Position numbers and translations under genes: made by a program. Below the pieces are notes generated by a model, which was given only the letters and a program-made list of their open reading frames with translations, was not told where the DNA came from and made no database searches. A stretch of DNA of 64,000 bases from Planctomycetota bacterium (GTDB lineage: Bacteria > Planctomycetota > GCA-002687715 > DRQF01), in NCBI GenBank assembly GCA_011369445.1, contig DRQF01000169.1, positions 1,632 through 65,631 on the forward strand, given 5' to 3'. Positions 1 through 7,996 of this stretch are shown piece by piece. Each line of letters starts with the position of its first letter. Positions within the stretch are counted from its first letter, which is position 1.

Positions 1-1812
1 CTGACCAAGGCGCAGCGAAAAAAGTACGGGGAGGCGCTGGGTGAATGGCTGAAGTGGTACACGGGGAAACCGGAGATCACGCTGCGCGCCGGGAGCTGGT
101 GGTACAACCAGACATGGGGGCCCAGCCATCTCAACATCATGCACAGCCGCGACGCCATCACGCAGAAGTTGCTCATTGCGTTGGCGATTCGCGGTGCCGG
201 GACGAAATACGAGGCTGATGCCCGATCATTCATCGCGTCGTGGGCGGATCGGGTCCCCCGGGAGTGCATTCCTGCGTTCGATCGGATGGGGGGAGTGTGG
301 GCGGAAAGCGCCGGACACGGGGGCTACGGACCCGTCACCGTGATCCCCTACGCTTTCGAGGCGTGGCGGACCGCGACCGGTCAGAACCTCTTCACCGAAG
401 GCAAGGCGTGGAACTACTTGCGTGAGGAGTCACGCTGGTTGACTTACTCGAAGGTTCCGCACGTCGGTCGGCTCGCCTACATCGACGACAGCTCCGGCTC
501 CATCGACGCCGGGTTCGGAGTCTGCGCTCCCATGGTGGCGCGCGCTCTTCGCGACCCCCTGGCCCAGTGGATGGCCGACGATGCGAGGAAACGTTTTCGC
601 TATGGCCGGGGGTATTGGCAACGCCTGGTGGCGCGGGACGCTTCGATCAAACCGCGGTCGGCGTCGGAGTTGGATCTTCCGTTGGCTTATTGCTTCAAGG
701 GAGCGGGGCATGTTTTCATGCGCTCTCAGTGGGGAAATCCCAATGCCACGTGGGCGTTCTTCGGCGCCGGGCCTCACTTCGCGGGGCATGCGCATGATGA
801 CGAGGGGCATTTCATGGTCTCCAAGAAGGGAGGCTTGATCACGAGGGGAGGAGGAACGAGCAGCAATGATGCCGATCACTATTGGGGCGGCTCCCTCATC
901 TTCAACATCGTGACGATCTTTGATCCTGGTGAGACATTTCGCCGCAACCGGCACAACGAGAACGACGGCGGACCGTTGCGCTGGGTTTACGACAACGAGT
1001 ACAGGGAACGCGGACATCTCGTCGGCTACAAGAGCGGCCAAGATTTTACGTATGCCGCGGCCGATCTCACTGACGGCTACAACAAGGCGAAAGCGAGCGA
1101 GGTGTTCCGCCAGTTCGTCTACCTCCGCGGTCGCCGTGAATTCATCATCGTCTTCGACCGGGTTCGCTCGACCAAGGCTGGATTCGCCAAACACTTCATG
1201 TTGCACGTCCCCACGAGACCCACCGTCACCGGGAAGGCCGTCGTCGCGGTCCCCGATCATGTTGTTGAATACCGGGGAGATTCCTTGACGGCGACCTGGC
1301 TGAGCCTCCCTGGGAACTACGGTGAGGGGCGGAAGGTGTTGTCCGAGGGGCGAAGTCGGATGTTCATGAGGACGCTTCTCCCGAGGGACGCCGTCATGAC
1401 CGTACGCGGTGGCGACGGATACGATGCCTGGGGACATCCTTTGGAGAAAACGGCGCAATACAACCACGACAAGGCCCTGGGAGCGCGCCGGAAGAGGACT
1501 CCCCTCGCCCCCTGGCGGTTCGAGGTGGCGGCTCCACTTTCTAAGCAGACGTTCTTCCTGCACATCTTCGAGATCGCAGACGAGAAGACCCGAAGCATGC
1601 AGCCGGTGGATCTCGTCGAAACGACTTCCCGCGTGAGCGTCCGCATCGGTGACACACGCTCCCGGTGGGAGATCAGTTTCTCGAAGAGTGGTTTCCTTTC
1701 GGCAAAGCTGAAATCGCCCAAGGGAAAGAGCGTCAAGTTGAAGCCGACGCTTGAATTGCAACCCCAGTACGACGTCTGGGAAAGAGTCGTCGGGAAGACG
1801 AAAGGCGGGTAG
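1..1812 (+). CDS. Heparinase II/III-like family protein (N-terminus lies outside the window)
   Basis: ORF track 139..1812. The same frame is open back to base 1 (LTKAQRKKYGEALGEWLKWY...), so the 5' end is cut by the window edge. FFGAGPHFAGHAHDDEGHFMVSKKGG resembles the G-x-GH-x-H-x-D-x-x-x-F core of heparinase II/III C-terminal domains. Confidence 0.55.
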   Translation: MTKAQRKKYGEALGEWLKWYTGKPEITLRAGSWWYNQTWGPSHLNIMHSRDAITQKLLIALAIRGAGTKYEADARSFIASWADRVPRECIPAFDRMGGVWAESAGHGGYGPVTVIPYAFEAWRTATGQNLFTEGKAWNYLREESRWLTYSKVPHVGRLAYIDDSSGSIDAGFGVCAPMVARALRDPLAQWMADDARKRFRYGRGYWQRLVARDASIKPRSASELDLPLAYCFKGAGHVFMRSQWGNPNATWAFFGAGPHFAGHAHDDEGHFMVSKKGGLITRGGGTSSNDADHYWGGSLIFNIVTIFDPGETFRRNRHNENDGGPLRWVYDNEYRERGHLVGYKSGQDFTYAAADLTDGYNKAKASEVFRQFVYLRGRREFIIVFDRVRSTKAGFAKHFMLHVPTRPTVTGKAVVAVPDHVVEYRGDSLTATWLSLPGNYGEGRKVLSEGRSRMFMRTLLPRDAVMTVRGGDGYDAWGHPLEKTAQYNHDKALGARRKRTPLAPWRFEVAAPLSKQTFFLHIFEIADEKTRSMQPVDLVETTSRVSVRIGDTRSRWEISFSKSGFLSAKLKSPKGKSVKLKPTLELQPQYDVWERVVGKTKGG

Positions 1813-1823
1813 GGCTGCGCTTT

Positions 1824-1848
1824 ACGGGGCGCCATGCTGTCGCCCCGT
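1824..1848. terminator. GC-rich hairpin between convergent genes (candidate bidirectional terminator, no U-tract)
   Basis: ACGGGGCG-ccatgctgt-CGCCCCGT, an 8-bp stem read directly from the sequence. It sits in the 40-nt gap between the stop at 1812 (+) and the stop at 1853 (-). Confidence 0.3.
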
Positions 1849-1852
1849 CGCG

Positions 1853-2464
1853 TCACGCCTCGGCGGGATCGCCGATGTCAACGATGAGGATGATACGGTC
1901 GCGGTCGCCGGTGTTCTCGACGGAGTGCAGGGACCTTGTGTCGAAGACGACGGTCTCGCCTGGGCGATGGGCGTGGGGCGTGCCGTCGACCCAGACGGTG
2001 CATCCGTCACCAGCGACAAGGCCCAGGTGGATGCGGCAGATGGGCTGGTCGTAGACGTCGGAATGGGGAATGATCCGAGATCCTGGACTCACTCGGGAGA
2101 AGGCCGCGGCCGTGACCTCTTGGACGGCAAGGAGGTGGTCCGTCGTGAACGGGCACTTTTCCGCGAACCCGAGGATGCGGCCGTCCTCGTCCGTCGGCAT
2201 GGGCCCCTCACCCCGGTCCACGAGGGGGTACATGTCCCAATGGCCCGTGTAGTTCTGCGTAGCCCACCAAGTGAAGAAGGTGGTCTGGGGCAGGGCGACG
2301 GCTTCGTCTCGGAACCGTTCCCAGTGCTGGGCGAGGTCGGCCGCCGTCTTCTCCGCATACCGCATCAAGTCCATGAAATCCTCCCACCGGCTGTCTGCCC
2401 CTGCGTCCTCCCGTATGGGCTCCACCCGTGCCTCGAATAGACCCCGAGGATCGGCGGTTGTCAA
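1853..2464 (-). CDS. Aspartyl/asparaginyl beta-hydroxylase family (cupin-type 2OG oxygenase) protein
   Basis: 203-aa ORF. GSRIIPHSDVYDQPICRIHLGLV...VVFDTRSLHSVENTGDRDRIILIVD matches the PH-x-D ... H-x-x-N ... R-x-x-L-x-x-D pattern of Asp/Asn beta-hydroxylase domains. The start is uncertain: TTG at 2464 lacks an RBS, and an internal GTG (ARVEP) is preceded by GAGG. Confidence 0.6.
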   Translation of the reverse strand: MTTADPRGLFEARVEPIREDAGADSRWEDFMDLMRYAEKTAADLAQHWERFRDEAVALPQTTFFTWWATQNYTGHWDMYPLVDRGEGPMPTDEDGRILGFAEKCPFTTDHLLAVQEVTAAAFSRVSPGSRIIPHSDVYDQPICRIHLGLVAGDGCTVWVDGTPHAHRPGETVVFDTRSLHSVENTGDRDRIILIVDIGDPAEA

Positions 2465-2489
2465 GACGCGATGACGCGCCGCTCATGGA

Positions 2490-2867
2490 TCAGTCGACGA
2501 TGATGACGGGGTCGCGAGTGAAGATCTGTCGTGCCGCCCGGCGATTCCTCCGCGTCCCGAAGAGGAGGACGGGGCGAAACGTTCCCGTCGTTTTCGGACA
2601 GCGGATGGGGATCAGAAGCCGGACGGGCCGGTTCGGTACGCGACCGTCTGCGGGGACATGGCAGCCCCTTGCTGGTCGTTCTCCTCCCAAGCGGCGTTGC
2701 CGCGACTCGTCGTGTCGGCAATGACAATGGGCAGGAGTACCCGCAGGAGCGTCGTGTCGCGCCACAGCTTTCCGTTCGAGACGAAGGTGATGCACCGCGG
2801 ACGCACCTATGAGTTCCCGGCTCGCGTAGTCCCACCACTTCGACGCGGAGGACGATTGTTGTCGAGA
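2490..2867 (-). pseudogene. Coding-like signal without an intact ORF (candidate frameshifted gene remnant)
   Basis: Hand-counted third-position GC is about 84% in the frame of ORF 2612..2806 (VRPRCITFVSNGKLWRDTTLLRVLLPIVIADTTSRGNAAWEENDQQG...). It is about 79% in a different frame for 2490..2620 (LIPIRCPKTTGTFRPVLLFGTRRNRRAARQIFTRDPVIIVD*). The signal is again high in that second frame for 2796..2867 (SSASKWWDYASRELIG). No single frame is open with a start codon. I could not recognise the family. Confidence 0.25.
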
Positions 2868-2950
2868 TCATATTCCGATTTGAGCGTCTTCTTGGGGGCC
2901 AAGAGTGGCAACGATGCCGTGATGCGCCCTCCGTCCGGGATACCGTCCGA

Positions 2951-3781
2951 TCAGCGTTTCGGCAGCCACGCGTCCAACGCCCCGAGAAGAGCCTCCACCG
3001 ACTGGGCGACGAAGAGTCGGGGCTGGAGTTGGGTCGGGTCATAAGGCGTCGCCGCAATGTCGTCGACGTCGAAGGCCTGAAGTCGCCCCGCGCGGTCGAA
3101 GAGGGTGAGCTCGTCCACGGAGGAAAGGAGGCCCGCCCCGAAAGCCTTCGGATTCCCGTCTTCCATAACGACGCCGAACTCAAGGGTGTACCAGTACATC
3201 CTCACGATGCGTTCGACCTCGTCGTCGGTCTTCGCTCTCGACGCCGCGAGTCCGAACCGACGGCTGACGTCGGCGATCTCTGAATTTGTCAACGTGGCCG
3301 CATGTCCCACGAGTTCATACACGACGTCGGGCTCCGGAGTGTAGAACGGGCGGCTCGCATGCCGGATGCACTGAGTGGAGGGAAATGCGCTGCGGGCCAG
3401 ACTCTCGAGGAAAGCTCGCGGGGTCACCAGCCCCGCGACCGGGATCATTTCGAACCCGGAGGCTCGCCGCAGCAGGGGATTCAGGTCGACGAGTTGGGGG
3501 ATGGTCGTTTGAGAAAACGCCAGGCGATCGCGCAGCTCCACGATGAACCGAGAGGCTTTCTCGTCCTGAAGGGGGAGGAGACGGCCGAGGATGTGACGCC
3601 ACAGGGCGTTCTCTCGGGCGGTGTAGGTGATCCTGGGGATGGGCTGCCTCGTATGGTGGGACGCGGCAAGGCGAGCTATCTCGTTGCGACGTGCCCGGTA
3701 ATCCGGGTCTCGAAATCCGGGGTGGTCGGCATCGAGCCGCACGAGATCGTGGGGGACGGTGGGTTTGTCGGTGGAGTGCAT
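2951..3781 (-). CDS. phhA: Phenylalanine-4-hydroxylase (aromatic amino acid hydroxylase family), with an atypical metal-ligand position
   Basis: 276 aa. QCIRHASRPFYTPEPDVVYELVGH and YWYTLEFGVV align with the PAH family motifs Q-Y-I-R-H-x-S-x-P-x-YTPEPDxxHExxGH and YWFTVEFG. Confidence 0.85.
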   Translation of the reverse strand: MHSTDKPTVPHDLVRLDADHPGFRDPDYRARRNEIARLAASHHTRQPIPRITYTARENALWRHILGRLLPLQDEKASRFIVELRDRLAFSQTTIPQLVDLNPLLRRASGFEMIPVAGLVTPRAFLESLARSAFPSTQCIRHASRPFYTPEPDVVYELVGHAATLTNSEIADVSRRFGLAASRAKTDDEVERIVRMYWYTLEFGVVMEDGNPKAFGAGLLSSVDELTLFDRAGRLQAFDVDDIAATPYDPTQLQPRLFVAQSVEALLGALDAWLPKR

Positions 3782-3840
3782 GATTGTGGTCCTCCCGCGT
3801 TCCGACTGAAAACACGGGATGCGACCTCCGGAACGCGAAG

Positions 3841-3863
3841 AGGCAGCCCCGCGCGGGCTGCCT
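3841..3863. promoter_or_regulatory. Perfect 9-bp inverted repeat in the divergent phhA / thioredoxin-like gene intergenic region
   Basis: AGGCAGCCC-cgcgc-GGGCTGCCT read directly from the sequence. It lies 60 nt upstream of the phhA start, on the opposite strand side of the region. Confidence 0.25.
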
Positions 3864-4038
3864 CCGGGAATCTCGCCGGGCCGCCTCGCGCTTTAGGCGC
3901 GGGCGTAATAAGCGATGCCCGCATGGGCGCGGGCGACGGCGGGGGAGGTTTGGCAAAGATTCGCGTTCATGATGTGGCCACGGTACCCCATCCCTACCCG
4001 GACTCCAAGGTGATGCGGCTTCGCGGTTCACTTCGGAT

Positions 4039-5298
4039 ATGATGGCGACCATGATGATGCTGGCCATTCTCACCGTTCTGCTGCTGTCTCCCTGCTTGCC
4101 TTCCCAAGACGAGGCGTTCCGTTGGGAAACGGGTCTCTCGGAGGCTGAAACCCTGGCGAGGCTGAAGAACCTCCCATTGCTCGTCTATTTTCGCTGCCCT
4201 CCGTGACGCGACTGCAAGGCGTTTGATGCGCAGTTGGCGCATCCTCCGAAGGCGTTCCGCGAGCTGGCCAGGCGTTTCGTCTGCGTTCGGGTGACCGACA
4301 TGCGCGGTGTGGACCTGGATCGATACCGGTTCGACTTCGACTTGACATTCGCGATCCTGACCATGCACCCGGATGGGACGATCTATCACCGATTCGGTGG
4401 ACGAGACCACACGAGCCCGACTCGCTGGATCGCGATGAAGCCGCTCCTCGACGTGATGAGAGCCTCGTTGATACGGGACGCCGAGCACCGGAGGAACGGC
4501 GAGCCTCCTCCTGTCCGTCCTCGTCGGACCATCGAAGATTACCCCACCTGGAAGGAGTTCGTGGGAGGGCGCACGCTCGAGTGTGCTCACTGCCACCAAG
4601 TGGGCGAGCACGAGGTCGCCAGCGCTGAGCGTGCCGGTGGATTCGACCGCACCTCCATCTGGCGTTGGCCTCCACCGGACCGGATCGGACTCGTCATGGA
4701 TGCGACGGATCAGACCCGCGTCGCGTCGGTTACGCCTGGCTCCGCGATCGCTCGGTCGGGGATTCGGGCGAACGACCGGCTTGTGACCGTGGCGGGAATG
4801 CGAATCGCCAGCGTGACGGACATCCAGGCTGCTTTGAATGGCTTGCCGTCAGGGAAATGCGCGGCTTCCATCGAATTCGTTCGTGCGGGAAAACAGCGCG
4901 CAGTCCGAGTCGTGCTCGAGAAGGGGTGGAAACGAGGAGGACCGCTCACGTTTTCCTGGCGTCCGCTCAAGTGGGCGATGTCCCCCGCACCGGGGTTCGG
5001 GGGCACGGACTTGAAGGCCGAGCGGAAGAAGAGCTTGGGCATTCCCGTGGAGAACTACGCTTTCGAGATCGGCTACCTCGTCGACTGGGGTCGCAAGGCC
5101 CATCGGGGCCGCAATGCGCGCAAGGCAGGTTTGAAGGTCGGCGACGTCGTGACGTCCGTGAACGGGAAGACCGATTTCCGAGACCAGAATCACTTTCACG
5201 CCTGGTTCCGATTGCGATGTCGCGTCGGAGAGGTCGTCGAAATCGGAATCCTCAGGAAAGGCCGCCCCCGGGTTATCCGACTTCCCGTCGTGCAGTGA
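4039..5298 (+). CDS. Secreted thioredoxin-fold / CxxCH / double-PDZ protein; extended model reads TGA 4204-4206 as selenocysteine (UxxC)
   Basis: ORF track gives 4234..5298 (TTG start). The same frame is open from ATG 4039 and is interrupted only by TGA 4204-4206. The upstream part is a signal peptide followed by FRWETGLSEAETLARLKNLPLLVYFRCPP-TGA-RDCKAFD, a thioredoxin-like N-terminus with the TGA at the first Cys of CxxC. Downstream are CAHCH (4582-4596) and two PDZ-like segments (GSAIARSGIRANDRLVTVAG..., ARKAGLKVGDVVTSVNG...). Confidence 0.6.
4225..4243 (+). promoter_or_regulatory. Candidate bacterial SECIS hairpin downstream of the in-frame TGA
   Basis: GATGCGC-AGTTG-GCGCATC, a perfect 7-bp stem with a 5-nt loop containing G and U. 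The stem starts 18 nt after TGA 4204-4206 and the loop begins 25 nt after it. Confidence 0.4.
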
Positions 5299-5331
5299 GA
5301 AGGGGACCGAGACTCATGGCGGGTTCCCTCG

Positions 5332-7944
5332 TCAATGATCGAGCATGACGGGGCGCACCGGGCGAACCCCAAGGCTGTAGTTCGTCGTCGCCGGAGTTTC
5401 CACGTCCCGATAAGCACAGCGGGCGTGGACGGAAGTGTCGGTGAAGGACCCTCCGCGCACCAGTCGTCGCTCGACAACGCCGCCTCGATGTGCGTCCCGT
5501 CCATCGATGGTTCCGGGTTCATAAGGCCCGTACGTGCTACGACACCACTCACGGACGTTTCCCAGCATGTCGTGGAGCCCGAACGGATTCGCCCGGAAGC
5601 TGCCTACGGGGGCGTGCACGACATGGCCGTCATCCAGCTTCTCCTCGAAGCTGATCCAACCGGGCGCGAAGACCTTGGCCGTGCGCCCCGCCAGATTGGT
5701 CATGCCGACCAGATCGGCGACGTCGTTGCCGGGCCACCACACCGTCGACGTCCCGCCCCGGCACGCGTACTCCCATTGGGGTTCGCTCGGGAGCGCCCAA
5801 CCCAACCCGGCCAAGACTCGGACCGCGTCGTTCCACGAGACGTCGGTGACTGGATTCGCGAGTGTGGTCGTCTTCCGCCCGTAGGTTGACCCAGCGGGGT
5901 AAGAACTCGGGTTCATTCCCGTGAGACGACGCCATTGCCCTTGAGTGAGTTCGTACTTGGACATGAACATCGCGGGGAGGCTGACGCGCAGGAGCGGGCG
6001 CTCGTCCTCTTGAGCCGCGGGGTCGTAGTTGACCTCGTTGGGGTCGAGATTCTGGGCGCCCATGATGAAGGCCCCACCGGGGAGGAGGACAAAGACCACG
6101 CTCGAGTCTCCGGTGACGGTGATTCTCCCCGTCTGCTCATCGCGATGCGGAATCTCGCCGGTGGCGATGTCCGCGAACTCCTCGAAGCCCGACTCAGGAT
6201 CGGGACCGAGAGGAACGAGTCCCGTCTGAGGGACGAGCGAGACGCCCGCGTAGCTCGGATTCTTCGCGATCCGAGATAGCGATGCCCGCCACGCTCTGGC
6301 GTGCGCGCGAATGGATTTTTCGGCGACGGTCTGGGCAAACGCGAGGCGGCGACGAATCCCCCAAACGCCATCCGCCGAGACTCCATTTCCCATCAACCCG
6401 CTTTCCGGGTCACGAAACGCCTCCAAGGACTCGATCAATTCCACCAGCCGATCATGCCACCAGCGATCTTCCTGGGACGCAAAGGTCGGGGGGCTGTCGT
6501 CCTTGCTGACTTCGGGCCGCGGGTCGGCGCGCTGCCTGATTCTCGCGAGTTGGCGACGGTGTGCCGGCAATTCGTCGACGAGAGCTTGAGCCCTTTGGAG
6601 CCAGGCGACCATCGCATCGATTCGATCGGGGAAGTAGGGGACGAGTTCCGTGTCCGCTTCGCGTCGCAGCTCCCCCAGTGTCTGAAAAGCAGAGAGCCTG
6701 AGAACGTTGGCGCGCTCGGCTTCCGCGCGCAGCCTCTCCCGCTGGGCTTCGCGGTTCTTCAGATAGAAGACGCCGGAAGTGACGGTCAACATGAGGAACA
6801 GTCCCGTCATGGCCGTGGCGATCGCGGGGTGGCGACGACACCAAAGGTACAACCGAACGTGTGCGGGGACGGAACGGGCGAGGATGGGACGTTTCTCGCG
6901 AAACCTTCGCAGGTCGTTGGCGAGGTCCAGCGCCGTTGCGTACCGACGATTCGGATTCTTGGCCAGACAGCGTCCTACGATCAGCGCCAGGTCCTTTGGG
7001 ATCTTGGGATTCAGGGCTCGTACCGACGGTGCCGGTACGAGTGCGATTCTGCGGAAAAGCTCTTCTCTGGTGATCCCCTGGTGCGGCCGCTCGAGTGTGA
7101 GGCACTCGAAGAGGGTCACGCCAAGGGAATAGACGTCGCTCCGGGCGTCAATGGGTACGCGGCCTTCGCTGATCTGCTCGGGCGAGAGGTACGCCGGCGT
7201 GCCGATGACGTCGCCTGTGGCCGTCAAGGACGGCCCCGATGAATTGGCGGTGAGGTCGACCGCCAACCCGAAATCCAAGAGCATGGGGTCGCCGGAGGGG
7301 GTGACCATCATGTTGCCAGGCTTGATGTCCCGGTGAATCAGTCCGGCCTCGTGAGCGTCGTGAAGGGCCCTCGCGGCTTTCTCGAAGTAAAGAGCGATGG
7401 CGTGGAATTCGTGGTGACGAAATGGAAGCCCGTCCGCAGTGGTTTCGGATCGGACGTCGTCGCTTCGGGCGCCCGCCACTGCGCCCGAGACAGGAATGGT
7501 CTCCACCATGTCTTCGGCCTTGACCGATTCGGTCGTCGTCACACCAAAGACGCGGGTGTCGTCGGTGGCCGTGACGATCCAGTCCTTGAGGGAGACACCC
7601 CGGACGAGGGGCATTGCCATCCACGGGAGCCCATCCTCCTCTCCGAAATCGAGAATTCGGCAGACGTGAGGATTGTCGAGACGGCTCGCCAATTCCGCTT
7701 CTCTGCGGAATCGGGCGATGTAGTGGGAAAGGGCTTCGGGAGACAGGGCGAGGACTCGACGACTTAGAATCTTGAGGGCCACCCGTCTCAGTAGCGTCAG
7801 GTCCCTGGCCTCCCACACTTCACCCTGCCCGCCGCTCCCGATGAGGCGCAGAAGCCGGAATCGGTGCGCAATTGTTCTTGAGTCGTCGGATTGCCGCGGC
7901 GTTCCGGATGCCCCGGAGCCAGGCTCGTGGGGGGAAGATGTCAT
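5332..7944 (-). CDS. Ser/Thr protein kinase fused through a TM segment to a C-terminal FGE-sulfatase (SUMF1-type) domain
   Basis: 870 aa. Kinase motifs are GSGGQGEVW, VALKIL, HRDIKPGNMM, DFG and GTPAYLSPE. A hydrophobic segment (AIATAMTGLFLMLTVTSGVFYL) follows. The C-terminal part carries FGE-type motifs: NPVTDVSWNDA, WEYACRGG, HDMLGNVREW and RGGSFTD. Confidence 0.85.
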   Translation of the reverse strand: MTSSPHEPGSGASGTPRQSDDSRTIAHRFRLLRLIGSGGQGEVWEARDLTLLRRVALKILSRRVLALSPEALSHYIARFRREAELASRLDNPHVCRILDFGEEDGLPWMAMPLVRGVSLKDWIVTATDDTRVFGVTTTESVKAEDMVETIPVSGAVAGARSDDVRSETTADGLPFRHHEFHAIALYFEKAARALHDAHEAGLIHRDIKPGNMMVTPSGDPMLLDFGLAVDLTANSSGPSLTATGDVIGTPAYLSPEQISEGRVPIDARSDVYSLGVTLFECLTLERPHQGITREELFRRIALVPAPSVRALNPKIPKDLALIVGRCLAKNPNRRYATALDLANDLRRFREKRPILARSVPAHVRLYLWCRRHPAIATAMTGLFLMLTVTSGVFYLKNREAQRERLRAEAERANVLRLSAFQTLGELRREADTELVPYFPDRIDAMVAWLQRAQALVDELPAHRRQLARIRQRADPRPEVSKDDSPPTFASQEDRWWHDRLVELIESLEAFRDPESGLMGNGVSADGVWGIRRRLAFAQTVAEKSIRAHARAWRASLSRIAKNPSYAGVSLVPQTGLVPLGPDPESGFEEFADIATGEIPHRDEQTGRITVTGDSSVVFVLLPGGAFIMGAQNLDPNEVNYDPAAQEDERPLLRVSLPAMFMSKYELTQGQWRRLTGMNPSSYPAGSTYGRKTTTLANPVTDVSWNDAVRVLAGLGWALPSEPQWEYACRGGTSTVWWPGNDVADLVGMTNLAGRTAKVFAPGWISFEEKLDDGHVVHAPVGSFRANPFGLHDMLGNVREWCRSTYGPYEPGTIDGRDAHRGGVVERRLVRGGSFTDTSVHARCAYRDVETPATTNYSLGVRPVRPVMLDH

Positions 7945-7996
7945 GGGAGCCCAAAGTGGACTCCCATCGACCCGCCGTCAAGTCCGGAATGTCGTC

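Noticed and set aside
430-1761. 443-aa minus-strand ORF antisense to the heparinase-like gene. There are many similar long antisense or off-frame ORFs, for example 7772..9511(+), 13808..15967(+), 15801..17282(-), 17957..19465(-), 22159..23181(-), 23178..24200(-), 24851..25648(-), 32756..34582(+), 36291..37958(-), 39282..40592(-), 40736..41659(-), 44463..45548(+), 49225..50127(+) and 54946..56574(-).
   Set aside because: These ORFs have Arg/Pro/Gly/His-rich, motif-free translations. Each is fully overlapped by an opposite-strand or other-frame gene with clear family motifs. Long stop-free antisense frames are expected in high-GC DNA.
2612-2625. Programmed frameshift at ...GGC TTC TGA TCC..., by analogy with the RF2-type stop-codon-stimulated shift.
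   Set aside because: The required shift is -1 with no slippery heptamer, and the product does not resemble RF2. A second compensating frame change upstream points to indels rather than recoding.
2465-2950. Pterin-4a-carbinolamine dehydratase (phhB) expected next to phhA.
   Set aside because: None of the six frames shows the PCD hallmarks (the E-x-x-x-HHP...TH pattern). The only HH dipeptide (AVHHL) lies in a frame segment without coding bias.
4204-4206. Explaining the in-frame TGA by an alternative genetic code (UGA=Trp or Gly, codes 4/25).
   Set aside because: TGA terminates many well-defined genes in the window (tupB, phoH, pruA, rluD, prkA and others) at positions consistent with homolog lengths. 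The genome is also high-GC, unlike known UGA-reassigned lineages.
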